DNA of 64,000 nucleotides from Amphiscolops sp. MND2022 (lineage: Eukaryota). The position numbers were made by a program, and so were the translations under genes. Below the pieces are notes generated by a model. The model had not been told where the DNA came from. It searched no databases and worked only from the letters and a program-made list of their open reading frames with translations. The first letter of the stretch is position 1. Each line of letters starts with the position of its first letter. This document shows positions 48,883 through 62,200 of the stretch, one piece after another. The DNA lies in the NCBI GenBank assembly GCA_964187785.1, contig OZ076412.1, forward strand, positions 37,138,001 through 37,202,000. The letters run 5' to 3'.

Positions 48883-50708
48883 GGTGTCAGGACATTTCGT
48901 CCTATGCAAATTTAACCGCTGCCAATTCAACCGTTCACAATTTCAACCGCTTGCAATTTCATCCGTTTACACTTTCAACCTTTTGCAATTTCAACCTACG
49001 GCAATTTCAACCTATCACACTTCCACCTAATTGCTCTCAAACCGTGCTAATTATGAAAGCCTTTATGGTAATTAGTAAAACTATAATTAGAGTCCAGCAA
49101 CTAACAATAATCTTTCCCACTATGAAATGTGATAATTACTTGCAACGTTTTAGTAGTATAAATAGCGAAGTCAACTGAATTGCAACTAGTCCACACAACA
49201 AGTCCAATAATTTTGAATCTCAAAGCTCAAAGTGTTAATTCAAATCATAAAATCAAATAGAGGGGGCAATATTGCAGTACACAACGGTTACTGTTACAAT
49301 CAAAAACAAGTCACTTCAAGTTGCATTCATTGGAGATGCACAAAATTCTATTCAATTGAATGCCCTGCCGTTTTGAAGACAAACCAGAACGTGGTCATTA
49401 GTTTGAAAGACTGTCACACTCATGAAAGCGACCCTTCCGAGTGTAAAGCGAAAGAAGTTGCCAGAGACATTGACACCAACGGTGGCCATAGCAAGTGAAA
49501 TTTCAGTAATCTCCGACGATTATGCAATCCAGCTTTCATTGCCGAAAAGTGGACGAACTTGCACTCTATTTAAAAAAAATTTCTATAGAGGGCCCACAGT
49601 CACGAAAAAGGCACCTTTTCCAATAGAATTATGGAACCAGTTCGAGGCCGCTGGCGAAGGAGTGGCAAGGACAACTAACAGCGTAGAAGGATAGCATTAT
49701 GGACGTCAAGCTTATTTCACTGGCTCCCAACCAAACGTATGGTTGCTTCTACGGAATTTGGAGAAAGATTCGAAAATGCAGGAACTCAAATACCTTCAAG
49801 AGACGACTGGAATTGTTTGTTCCAAGCGCCCACGTTTTGAAAAAATCAAAAAACAAATGCAAGTCATACAAAATGGCTACACTTTCGAGAACGTCTTGCC
49901 TCATTTGCGAGCAGTCGCCAACTTTAGATGAAAACAATGAACTTTTTTGCTGCATTGATTTGTTACTTTTTTGATAGGATTCATTTTTGTGAGTATGTAT
50001 TTGGAATTCGCGTTTTGCTCAATTCAATTCTGACAATGGGAATAATTTTTAATCAGTTACAATTAACTGGTACCCGGTTGCGTCCTCCCCCGGGTACCCA
50101 AGTTTGGCGCACTACTTCCCATAACTGCTCTTTGATGTAGCCACATTCGAACTATGCCGGTGAAACCACAAGAGCGTGACAGAGAATCAGACCAACCTTT
50201 TAAAGGAGTAGCACATGTCTAAGTTGTTAATTGTAACTAAACGTTTTTAAAAAATGAGGAATTTTAATAGCGTTTAACCAAAAACTTTTTTATCACAATT
50301 GTTCAGTCACTCCACTTTCACACTTTCAAATAGACGTCATCGATGATAAGTTTTTGATCGCGAATAGCAAGTTGTTAACTGCTTTTTCAAATTGTGTCAC
50401 ACCATTACATCTTTCTGTGTTTCCGTACATTGCAAATTTCAGTGCAACGGAAGTTTTCAATGCGCTCAATTTTATGCGTCCTGACAGTTTGTGTGCTTTT
50501 ATTTTGCCGCGCTTCGATAATGTTCAATTAGTTTTAGGACGTTCGCAAAGAACGCAACGACCTTGAACTAATTAAAATAGGTTGAAATGGAAAGCGGTTG
50601 AAATTGCAAGCGGTTGAAATTGCAAGCGTTTGAAAGTGTAATAGGTTGAAATGACAGCGGTTGAAATTGCATAGGTTGAAATTGCATAGGACGAAATGAC
50701 ATGTAACC
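48883..50708 (+). mobile_element. Internally deleted Mutator-like element (MULE) with FLYWCH zinc finger
   Basis: TIRs GGTGTCAGGACATTTCGTCCTATGC / GCATAGGACGAAATGACATGTAACC; 9-bp TSD ATGAATAGC (48874-48882 and 50709-50717). FLYWCH ORF at 49232-49498 (GYCY...WRC..CPA..HTH); C-terminal FP..WN..RTTNSVEG.H at about 49600-49700. Confidence 0.93.
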
Positions 50709-53700
50709 ATGAATAGCATGTTATTGTACAGTAGAAGGAAACGCGTTCAAATGATCTACTCCAATTGGCCAATGCACGCCCTGTGCAATCCTTTAATAGG
50801 CAATAGGATTGCATTTTGTTAAAGTATACTTGCTCCATACGGAAGGACCTAATGTCCACATGACCTACGAGGTTCACCGCCCCATACCCCATGTCTCCAT
50901 CTTCACTCCTTGATGCTATCTTAAGAATTCACATGACATAATTTTGACGTCACTTCAAAGGAACTACTTTGGAGATGCTCAGGTATTATTTTCAATAACA
51001 TGAGAAACGCAATTATGATTGTCATGCCACGTTCTATATAGCTCAAACAGCGGGACCCGACTGATAGGGGATCTCAAAAACTGAACGAAAATTTTGATGC
51101 CACTAGAATGTGAAGCTGTTTCAATCAAGTCACGCCCTGATTCTAATTCTTTTAACTTTTTGTTCCTCGCTCTACCGGATAAGATTTTCACTATTGGATG
51201 AAACCTAGTTTAATATTATAGTTTTCATAGAGCTAATCTTCCTTTGAATGCCTTCAACAAAAGAAGAGAAAGCCAAAGAAAGGCGCTCTAGGCAGTCAGA
51301 CGTGATGTGTGCTTAGGAAATTTGAATGTAATGTTAGGAGTTTGTTCAAGGAATGGAGTACAAAGTAATCGGGATGAAAGAGATGTAGAAGTGGACATTG
51401 AGTCTAAAGGGCCACAACGGAATACTGATCCGAGTAGTGAAGATTTTAGAATAATACAAAACACGAACAGGGAAAATAGTGAAATCACAACAGAAACCGC
51501 CAGTTTCATTAACTGTGAGGTTAGTAGCCAAGTTGCAAAGAAATTACATGAGATCAAATGGACCTGAATCCCCAGATTTTAGAAACAATCAACTCAGCAA
51601 TTGCCAACACGCTCCTCCCCTCTATTCATAACATTCTTGGAACACAGGAGAGGGGAGTCAGTACAAATGTGGTCTGAAGGCGTAGTGGGCTACATCTACA
51701 TAGGATCTTCCAAGCTGAAAATAGTAGTAAAACTTAGGGTAATTGTCAAACTGTCCGAAAACAAATACAAGACCATGTAATCAAAATTCAGATTATCAGG
51801 GAGGATTCTATAAGGTCCCAGGAGTGCGCAACTGATCAAGACACTAATACACATCAAACATTTCATTATCGAATTCACGGTGTGTTTACTTCGAGTCCTT
51901 TTCGAATTTTTCAACGTGGTTCTCTTAGTTCCTCCTTTCCTGTTTCACCAATGATTAGGCTACTAATACTGTTACGGGCGGCATTCGCTGAGTTGGTTTG
52001 ATTCTGTTTCTTCAGTTTCGTTTTCCTCATTTCATGGTTTGAGTAGTTTTAACAACTCTTTCTGGATTATGCTAATATCCTTTTTATTTCAGAACTTTTT
52101 TCCTCCTTCAGAGATTCTTTCAACCTCTCCAGTTAGTTCCTTTCAACCCTTGGACATTTCGCGCTAGAGGGTCCCGCTCTCATCACGCCGTGGTCACCTG
52201 AACCTATTATCTCAAACGAAATTGGGGAATTAGGCTTTATTACTTTTTCGGTTCTTCCCCAAAGACTGTTTTGTCATATTTTCGTCAATTTCCATAGTGC
52301 TTTCATTGTCAGCTGATATTAGTCATAGCCGGGAATCATAATACTTTATTCCGCCGCCGTTTTCATTTATCCAAGTGGGAAGTCGATTTCTCTGCATCTT
52401 GACAAATCGCGAATACTTCCCAGTTTTTCCTCGAACGTTCCTGCTTTTTTCTTGGGTTTGCGGGAAAATGCGACGCGGAACAAAAAACATTCAATTTAAA
52501 GGATGGACGTTTGAATTATGCTAGGAGGGGGACAATTAGCAATTTTGGCAAAAGGTTACATAATTCGATCCAAATTTGCAATAAATTGCATATTAGCTGA
52601 CGACGTGGCAACGTCAAGTCATTCAAAAACGCAAAAGCAACTTTAATTAGCAACTCAAACAAAACACTTTACAAATTGAATAACCAGTTATGAATGAGAC
52701 AATGCATATCTAAAACTTGTTTTTAACGGTTTTAGTTGGTAATATTCATCAGTGAAATAATAGTATCAAACGTACATGAAGTAGTGTAAAATGCTATTAG
52801 CAAAAATAAAGGAAGTGATGACGTCAAACCTTGTAGAGGACTCCATAGATAAACCACATAGTTGACAATTTTTATTCAAACATTCATAAGAACGTTTTCA
52901 ACGCAGATCACACACCTCGTTTTTGTTTAGTCCGCACATCAAATGATTGGTATATATTACATTATACCTCCAAATTCATTTCAAATTATTCAGCACAATC
53001 ACAAACCGTGACTTCCTCATTTGAGATTCAAAATCATTTTTGTCTCAAATTAAACCATTAGAAATTGGCTTAAAAAACTTCTTTTGACCCGATCCATGTT
53101 CAACCAACGTAAGTCCAGACGTAAAACCATGATTCCTTTAGATTTTGATCACTAGCTAATGCAGCGGTGACGAAAAATAAAACACAAGTATAAGAGCCCA
53201 ATTCTCATGAATTTGCGACGTGGCCTTGATGTGAATTCGAGATCAGGCTAAACTACTTGCTTCTACTGACTTAGATTTGACTTGAACTCCGAGTGATCCT
53301 TTGCTAGATTCTTTTTTGTGACGCAGCGGCGGCGTATGTTAGAGTACCCTTAGTACGCTTTGACACGCTGTAATCTCTGAAATATTCTACGCGGCTTTGA
53401 CGTCACGCATATAGTAACATCAGCCGCTGCTACTATAATTGTTTCCTCACGACTTTTCATCGTCCTAAATCTCTCTTTAAATTCCCTTCAATTTTCTCAG
53501 AGAAACATTTAGTGGAAGTAAAACCTGAAAAAGTAACTCCTTTTTTCAAGATATTTTTTCAATTTCTTTCCTTCTGCCATGATGGCTCAAAAACAAAAAA
53601 TTGAATGCTAAGAATGGAACAGCTTGAGAATTTATTATGCATATTTAATCCACATGAGAAAAATTACTCAGCCTAGTAGTTTCTCAAAATTTCCAATGAT

Positions 53701-54327
53701 CCCATAGTATACTAAAACTGAGATTAGTCAACAGAATTCAACTGATCTGATGTGTGGTTGGTAGCATATGTTTTTCATGAGATTTTCGAAGTTCGCGGAA
53801 GAACAGACAAAACTTTAACAGCATGTCTGATTTTGGAGAAATTAGAGTAATTACAAAATTATCCGCTAATGAAGTGGACTGGTGGTTTTCATTTTCAATG
53901 TTCAAAGAGTCAAAAACCTGATTTTAAGGAAGTAATGACCTTCATCTTTGGTCATGTTTAAAGGTCTTCTCGACCGAAAGGTCGACGGGATGTTTTCTAT
54001 GTCGCTTATCCCAGTGTTTCGTTCTATTTCGTTCACTGTCTTTCCCGTCAATGAGTTAATTTTTCAAGACAAACTCCCTATCAGCTTCAGAATCTCTCTT
54101 GATTAGTCTCGGTTTTCTACTGAGCTTCCTAGTGAATCTTTTCTAGCTTTTCTCTTCGACACTTGTTCGAGAATTTCGCCAGTGATTTCAAAGTTGTGCT
54201 TTCAAGGAATTTTTATAGAAAAACTCCTTGAGCAATGCTCTTTTCTTGAGGAATAAGACAAGGCAGTTTCAACTTTTAGTGATTTTCAAATTTTTCAGTC
54301 CGGCGTCCCTCGAATGCAGAGAAAGCG

Positions 54328-57300
54328 GCAGCTCTGTTCCACCTTCCCGAACTCAGACTCTTACTTTGTTTATGCTTCTCGAGCAAAGCAAGCGTCCACT
54401 TTGTGTCTGACTTGCGACTTCCCTCCGCCCCCAATTCCCGCCTTTAAAAACGCCGCAACTGAGCGTGGCCGAGAAATAATATGGATGATTCAAAATGCGC
54501 TTTGGCGAAGCAAAATTAAATCAAATCCTGACAATCATTTTTTACGGAAAAAAAAACTTTAAAATAAGTCACAAAGCTTGAAACGTGTGTGTGTATTTCA
54601 ATAGATCAATAGGATATTGAGGATGAGAGTTTGAAACAACCCAAATTGCGGTGTCAGGCCACGGTCTGGGACGCATGAACAACTGATTATTATTTTCACG
54701 TGAATATAGTTAGAAACTGCACACAATCGATGATATAGTCTCAGGACTAGTCAACAGCTAATGTAATTTTGCTAAAAACACAACAAAAATTAACAAAAAC
54801 ACAGTATTTCATTGCTACAATGAATTCAATATTTTTCTTCTCCTGGGGCACTTCCTGGACCCTACTACACAAAGGTATTTCCCACAAAAAATATTGTGAT
54901 ATTTATAACATTTACATGTTCAGCATCGTTTTCAAAATAGTTTTTTTGCAAAAATTAAGTTTACATGTACTCATTTGTTCCAACAATAACATATTAGTGG
55001 TTCAATTCCAATACAACGCAAATTTCAAGTTGAGGCTGCTTGCCAGGCCCGCGTCCCAATTGTTATTTTTGAGGCCGCTTGCTACGCCGCGTGACTGCCG
55101 CTTCGAATCTCAGGCCATTCGCCAGGCCGCGCTTACCAGTTATTGTTAATTGCATAGCATCGTTTTATTATTTACTATAGCTCCGTGCTTGTTGCTGTCA
55201 ATCTGTAAACTGTAAATAAAATGCACTCGGTAACTAGTTGTTATTATTAAGTACATGAATGTTTAGCTCCGTTGTTTCAACGTTGACAGGTTAAATTAGT
55301 TGTTACATTCTTCAGGTGTTGTCACCTTCCTATCATCCTTTCCTTCAATTTCTTTTTTTCTTCTCCGTCGACTGAGCTCGTTTCGTGAAAAACATTACAG
55401 CTCAGCTGGACTTTGACAGTTGATTTTTTTGAACTTTTTAAAGTGTTCGAAAACCAACCAAAGACAGACTAACTAGCTATTCTGCACACTTTGACAAGAC
55501 GTCTTTTCCACAGATCAATGTTCCTTCTGCAAAGTACTGTAAAAACAAAAGCAGCCAGGAACTTTGAGAAGAACTGTAAAAACAGCTCTAGGTCGAGCAT
55601 ATTCCATTCAATTGCGCCGATTAAAAAATAACAAGTTCCAGCGTTTCACTTCCGCGGAAAACGCATTAGGTTTATTCCATTCCTAGCCCAGCAGATTAAA
55701 TATTATTTTAAGACACTCAAAAAGAGTGATGAAAACCACAAACGCAAGGCAAAATAAAGGGTTTCTGATCCTTTCACACCATTTCACATCAGCATTAGCG
55801 TTGCAACCTGATCGAAAACATTTTCAACAATACGCATTGGACATTTTCCAGGTTTAATATAGGGTCCCAAAGTACATAACACGAAACTTGACTCGAAAGG
55901 CCTTACAATACACTGGATATATTTCCCGCGCTCCGGACAAATTTCACAACTAAAATAGTCCTTTTTCGAATAAAACATCTGTACTGGATTGGATGGACAA
56001 GTTATCAACAGTGACGAAGGGAAAAATGTTGTTTGATTTCTTGAAGACCAAGCTCTGGTATACATCTTTGTGTGAATCTTCCAGCAGCTAAACGCAATGG
56101 TGTAATGATGTAATGGTGCTCTGCGTTTTTCCATCTTCCAACGTAAACCCGATAACTCTTTTTGATTTGATATCGTTTCTCTTCACCTGTCGCAAAGTGA
56201 TCCGTCGCACCTAGCGGTGCTCATGATCCCTGACTTCGCCGTAACCCAGAATGTTTGAATTGAAGCTGTTAGAAGCTAAAAGCGTTTTTACTCGAGAGAA
56301 CAGAGAATTATCTGGACCGACTGGCAGGAGTAATCACTCAAACAAATCTGAACTAGATATGAAATCTATTCAAACAGGAAGTCAACTTTAAGTTTTCATG
56401 ACTTTGTTCAAAACATTATGTCAATGACATAGTTCATTTTTGAGCAATTAGGGTTGTCCTTTATGTAGCCCCCACTTTAACAGCTTTCAAAAGTTTTTCA
56501 GATGACGAGTGAATAGTTTCTGAGAGAAGTGCGGTATCGCTACATAATCCTTCCTCAAAAGAAAAGATAAGTTTTGTGCCTGCTGTTGCTGAATTCGAGT
56601 GACTGCCAGAGGGGGCTGAAGAAGATCTCCGAAGACTTATAGAAGAGAGCTTAAAAATCACCCTCCAAAGCCCAAAAACAGAACAGAGCTCCTCGAAAGC
56701 AATGGCTTCACTATTGTGCCAAGAGGATTGACAGGAAGCGCGATGGGAAGGGTGACTGGCAGACTACCCAAGCTGCGAAGAAGAGAAGGGTTCAGGAGCA
56801 GCTCTGTTCCACCTTCCCGAACTCAGACTCTTACTTTGTTTATGCTTCTCGAGCAAAGCAAGCGTCCACTTTGTGTCTGACTTGCGACTTCCCTCCGCCC
56901 CCAATTCCCGCCTTTAAAAACGCCGCAACTGAGCGTGGCCGAGAAATAATATGGATGATTCAAAATGCGCTTTGGCGAAGCAAAATTAAATCAAATCCTG
57001 ACAATCATTTTTTACGGAAAAAAAAACTTTAAAATAAGTCACAAAGCTTGAAACGTGTGTGTGTATTTCAATAGATCAATAGGATATTGAGGATGAGAGT
57101 TTGAAACAACCCAAATTGCGGTGTCAGGCCACGGTCTGGGACGCATGAACAACTGATTATTATTTTCACGTGAATATAGTTAGAAACTGCACACAATCGA
57201 TGATATAGTCTCAGGACTAGTCAACAGCTAATGTAATTTTGCTAAAAACACAACAAAAATTAACAAAAACACAGTATTTCATTGCTACAATGAATTCAAT

Positions 57301-59272
57301 ATTTTTCTTCTCCTGGGGCACTTCCTGGACCCTACTACACAAAGGTATTTCCCACAAAAAATATTGTGATATTTATAACATTTACATGTTCAGCATCGTT
57401 TTCAAAATAGTTTTTTTGCAAAAATTAAGTTTACATGTACTCATTTGTTCCAACAATAACATATTAGTGGTTCAATTCCAATACAACGCAAATTTCAAGT
57501 TGAGGCTGCTTGCCAGGCCCGCGTCCCAATTGTTATTTTTGAGGCCGCTTGCTACGCCGCGTGACTGCCGCTTCGAATCTCAGGCCATTCGCCAGGCCGC
57601 GCTTACCAGTTATTGTTAATTGCATAGCATCGTTTTATTATTTACTATAGCTCCGTGCTTGTTGCTGTCAATCTGTAAACTGTAAATAAAATGCACTCGG
57701 TAACTAGTTGTTATTATTAAGTACATGAATGTTTAGCTCCGTTGTTTCAACGTTGACAGGTTAAATTAGTTGTTACATTCTTCAGGTGTTGTCACCTTCC
57801 TATCATCCTTTCCTTCAATTTCTTTTTTTCTTCTCCGTCGACTGAGCTCGTTTCGTGAAAAACATTACAGCTCAGCTGGACTTTGACAGTTGATTTTTTT
57901 GAACTTTTTAAAGTGTTCGAAAACCAACCAAAGACAGACTAACTAGCTATTCTGCACACTTTGACAAGACGTCTTTTCCACAGATCAATGTTCCTTCTGC
58001 AAAGTACTGTAAAAACAAAAGCAGCCAGGAACTTTGAGAAGAACTGTAAAAACAGCTCTAGGTCGAGCATATTCCATTCAATTGCGCCGATTAAAAAATA
58101 ACAAGTTCCAGCGTTTCACTTCCGCGGAAAACGCATTAGGTTTATTCCATTCCTAGCCCAGCAGATTAAATATTATTTTAAGACACTCAAAAAGAGTGAT
58201 GAAAACCACAAACGCAAGGCAAAATAAAGGGTTTCTGATCCTTTCACACCATTTCACATCAGCATTAGCGTTGCAACCTGATCGAAAACATTTTCAACAA
58301 TACGCATTGGACATTTTCCAGGTTTAATATAGGGTCCCAAAGTACATAACACGAAACTTGACTCGAAAGGCCTTACAATACACTGGATATATTTCCCGCG
58401 CTCCGGACAAATTTCACAACTAAAATAGTCCTTTTTCGAATAAAACATCTGTACTGGATTGGATGGACAAGTTATCAACAGTGACGAAGGGAAAAATGTT
58501 GTTTGATTTCTTGAAGACCAAGCTCTGGTATACATCTTTGTGTGAATCTTCCAGCAGCTAAACGCAATGGTGTAATGATGTAATGGTGCTCTGCGTTTTT
58601 CCATCTTCCAACGTAAACCCGATAACTCTTTTTGATTTGATATCGTTTCTCTTCACCTGTCGCAAAGTGATCCGTCGCACCTAGCGGTGCTCATGATCCC
58701 TGACTTCGCCGTAACCCAGAATGTTTGAATTGAAGCTGTTAGAAGCTAAAAGCGTTTTTACTCGAGAGAACAGAGAATTATCTGGACCGACTGGCAGGAG
58801 TAATCACTCAAACAAATCTGAACTAGATATGAAATCTATTCAAACAGGAAGTCAACTTTAAGTTTTCATGACTTTGTTCAAAACATTATGTCAATGACAT
58901 AGTTCATTTTTGAGCAATTAGGGTTGTCCTTTATGTAGCCCCCACTTTAACAGCTTTCAAAAGTTTTTCAGATGACGAGTGAATAGTTTCTGAGAGAAGT
59001 GCGGTATCGCTACATAATCCTTCCTCAAAAGAAAAGATAAGTTTTGTGCCTGCTGTTGCTGAATTCGAGTGACTGCCAGAGGGGGCTGAAGAAGATCTCC
59101 GAAGACTTATAGAAGAGAGCTTAAAAATCACCCTCCAAAGCCCAAAAACAGAACAGAGCTCCTCGAAAGCAATGGCTTCACTATTGTGCCAAGAGGATTG
59201 ACAGGAAGCGCGATGGGAAGGGTGACTGGCAGACTACCCAAGCTGCGAAGAAGAGAAGGGTTCAGGAGCAGC
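54328..59272. repeat. Direct tandem duplication, 2 x 2470 bp
   Basis: Three ORF pairs are identical at an offset of exactly 2470 (54769/57239, 55784/58254, 56461/58931). GCAGC occurs at all three boundaries (54328, 56798, 59268). Confidence 0.95.
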
Positions 59273-59289
59273 GGGGTCAAGAAGAGGAG

Positions 59290-62200
59290 GCATTCGTCGT
59301 TGGAGACGCATTTGAGGGTTGAGGTTGGTTCTTTTTGATAGGTAGTTCGCGTGGCTTTGTAATAGCTTTAATGACAGATTTGTTCTCTGATGCTTTGACT
59401 TTGGCTACACGTACTAGGTTGTCATTTTCAGTATATGCATTTTCAATCACTCCAATAGGCCAGTGTAGGGGAGGTAGGTTGTCCTCTGTTATAAAAACTA
59501 AATCGCCACCAAAAAGGTCAGGATGTTCCGTTTTGTTTTTTGGTCTGATTATCAGCGTTGTTAAGTATTTTTTTGACCACTGTTTTCAAAAATCAGTAAT
59601 GTGCTTGCTGACGTATTTGAAGCGTTTTTCAAAGCATTCTTCAATAATGATACATCTCACAGGTTCAACTACTAGAGGTAGTTGTGAGATATTTCAATCC
59701 ATTGACAAACATAGCGGGTGTAAGTGGCGGGGAATCTTTCGGAATATCAGAAAATTATGTGAATGGCAAGAATTCAAAGTTCAGCCAATCTGGCAAATAG
59801 TTGTATATGAATCAATGGAAGAAACTTCTTCGAGAAAAGAATGCAGCTTCTTTGCCTGATGTGGATGTTCAAATCCTATGTGCCCAGTATCAAATCCATG
59901 AAAATAGTATTGAGGAAAACAATTGGCAATTCAACAAGCCGCAAGATCCACCTTGAGACTTGTTGATTTGCCAATTGTTTTCCTCAATACTATTTTCATG
60001 GATTTGATACTGAATTCCCTAATACCACCCAAATTCTGGGACTGGGAGCTCGTGTAGGGATCGTTACCCAGTTCACACCAAGGTTGAGAACAGCATCAGG
60101 CAAAGAAGCTGCATACTTTTCTTGAAGAGAATTCTTCCATTGAATACATAATTCTATGAACCAATAAAGTGTTTTCCGTTGTCTGAATAGATTTGTTTCG
60201 GGTATCCTCTTCTCGAAATGAATCGTATGATCGCACGATGTTCAAGTGTATCGCTTTCGTTACGAAGCAAGCAAATAGAATCACGTAGCGTTTCAATTGA
60301 GGTTTCTGCTCTTTGAACAAAATTGAACCAGTAAGATCAATTCCAACGTGTGAGATTGGTGGAGATTGGGGATGGTGTAAGTCTTACTTTCGGCAACTAT
60401 CCCTTCGACTGTTTGGTAGCTCTACATTTAAACCGGAAGCCAGTTATACATTGGGCTATCACTTGACGTGTCATTGATCTGGCACCAATTATCCAAGACT
60501 TGAGCTCGTAGTGTCTGTGCTGTATCATTAGAAAAGACAAAGGATGTTTATTCGTCAAAATTGAAGGCTAATTGACTTCATCTGGCTATTCGGAACTTGC
60601 TAAACGTCCCCCACCGTTAAGTATTCCCTTCTCATCGATGAATGGAGATAATTGTGAAATTTTCGAAACTTTGGCTACTAAATTGGTATTTTTCAAGCTC
60701 TGGATATCGTCCGAAGTTGCTGACTTTTTAACTTGACGAACCAAGAAATTGAGTGCTTCTTTACGTGCTGCATTATGCTCATGAATTTGCCTGCTGAGTT
60801 TTATGACGTTTTTCCAAACCCACGTCATCGTGTTGATAAGTTTTTGGAGACCACTGAATCGTGCTATATCAATGATTGGCAATTTTTGGTCATTTTCACT
60901 AGTAGACTGTGGATCAGTGTCCACTGCTATAGCTGCCATGTTTAGTTTTCCCGCACCGTTGCTGGTGTCCTTTGATTTGTAACCGAAATTGAGTTTGATT
61001 TCTTGATTTCAATTGTTCGATCAAGAGCTTCGGGTTGATCAGGGCGTACTAAGGACACAGGAGAATTCAGCCAATCGGGCCATTCCACCATAGGGACATG
61101 TCTAAAAGAAGTTTAGAACCGATGGGGTGGGTAGCCAAACCAGCAGGATTCTGCATTGTTGGAACTTGATACCAAAGTTCAGGTGATGAAATTTGTTGTA
61201 TTGTGACCACTCCGTTTGTAACAAAGTTTTGGAAGCGATATGGTTGTGACTTGACCCAAGATAGTGCAATCGTAGAATCACTGTAGGCATAGAGTCGTGG
61301 ATATAGCCTCAACTTCCAAGAACTTCTAGAATGACTTTTGTTGTTTGTGACGCAATATTCATAGCAGACAGCTCCAATCTCGGAAGGGTTTCTAGTTTTT
61401 ATTCGGTGCAGGTTGGGATTTTGCTGTGAGCAAAGAGGAGGCTCTTTTGGTTGCTGATGGCGTACGGGCAAATAAACTGAAGCAAGAGGCACTTTCACTG
61501 GCATCACAAAAGATGTGAAGCTCGAGTTTTTACTTGTCAAATTTGACCAAAATGTCATCTTTTTTGGTCTTCTGTCGAGGTATCTCCAGGATATCCAGAT
61601 GCTTTAATGAAGGCAACCAATGGTGAAAAAGCTTCCCATTGGGTGCCTCAACGTCGTCGTCTCAACCAAAAAACAGTTCCCAAGTCATTTGGAAATGTAT
61701 ATTTGGCGGATTTGTCACTGGCGTGACCAGTCCGAGGGGATCAAACGATCGTCCCAAGTTCGAAGAAATGATTCTGCGGGTCTTCAAAGTGCTAGGAAAC
61801 TCACGGGGCACCTCAAAGTATTACTACATTGAAACCTCTTTGACTGAGCTCGGTGCACTGGAAGACTGTTTTTTGTTGCGAAGTTGACCACAATATGATG
61901 AATTCTGACATAGGTCAATTTTCGAAATTTCTTGAATCTGTCCAAAAGTTTCTGAAATCGATTGGGGCACGGATGTTGAGTATGCAGATACCAAATTTGG
62001 TTGATTTGAAGCACTAGAAGTTGCTTTTTCAGAACTCCAAAGTTGACCGAACTCGACCTTCGAGGGTTTTTTCGGCTATTTTTTCCGACTGCTCATTTGC
62101 TTTGGAAGATCCAAAATTGTGCTCAACATATTCGGGCAAGTATATGGAGACTATTCATCGAAATTGTTGCAGTTCTGCGGCCGTTCTTCTTGAAGATTTT

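Noticed and set aside
54769-55149. 126-aa ORF and its copy at 57239-57619 as a duplicated gene
   Set aside because: It starts at a non-ATG codon, has low-complexity AT-rich composition and no domain. Its identity simply reflects the tandem duplication.
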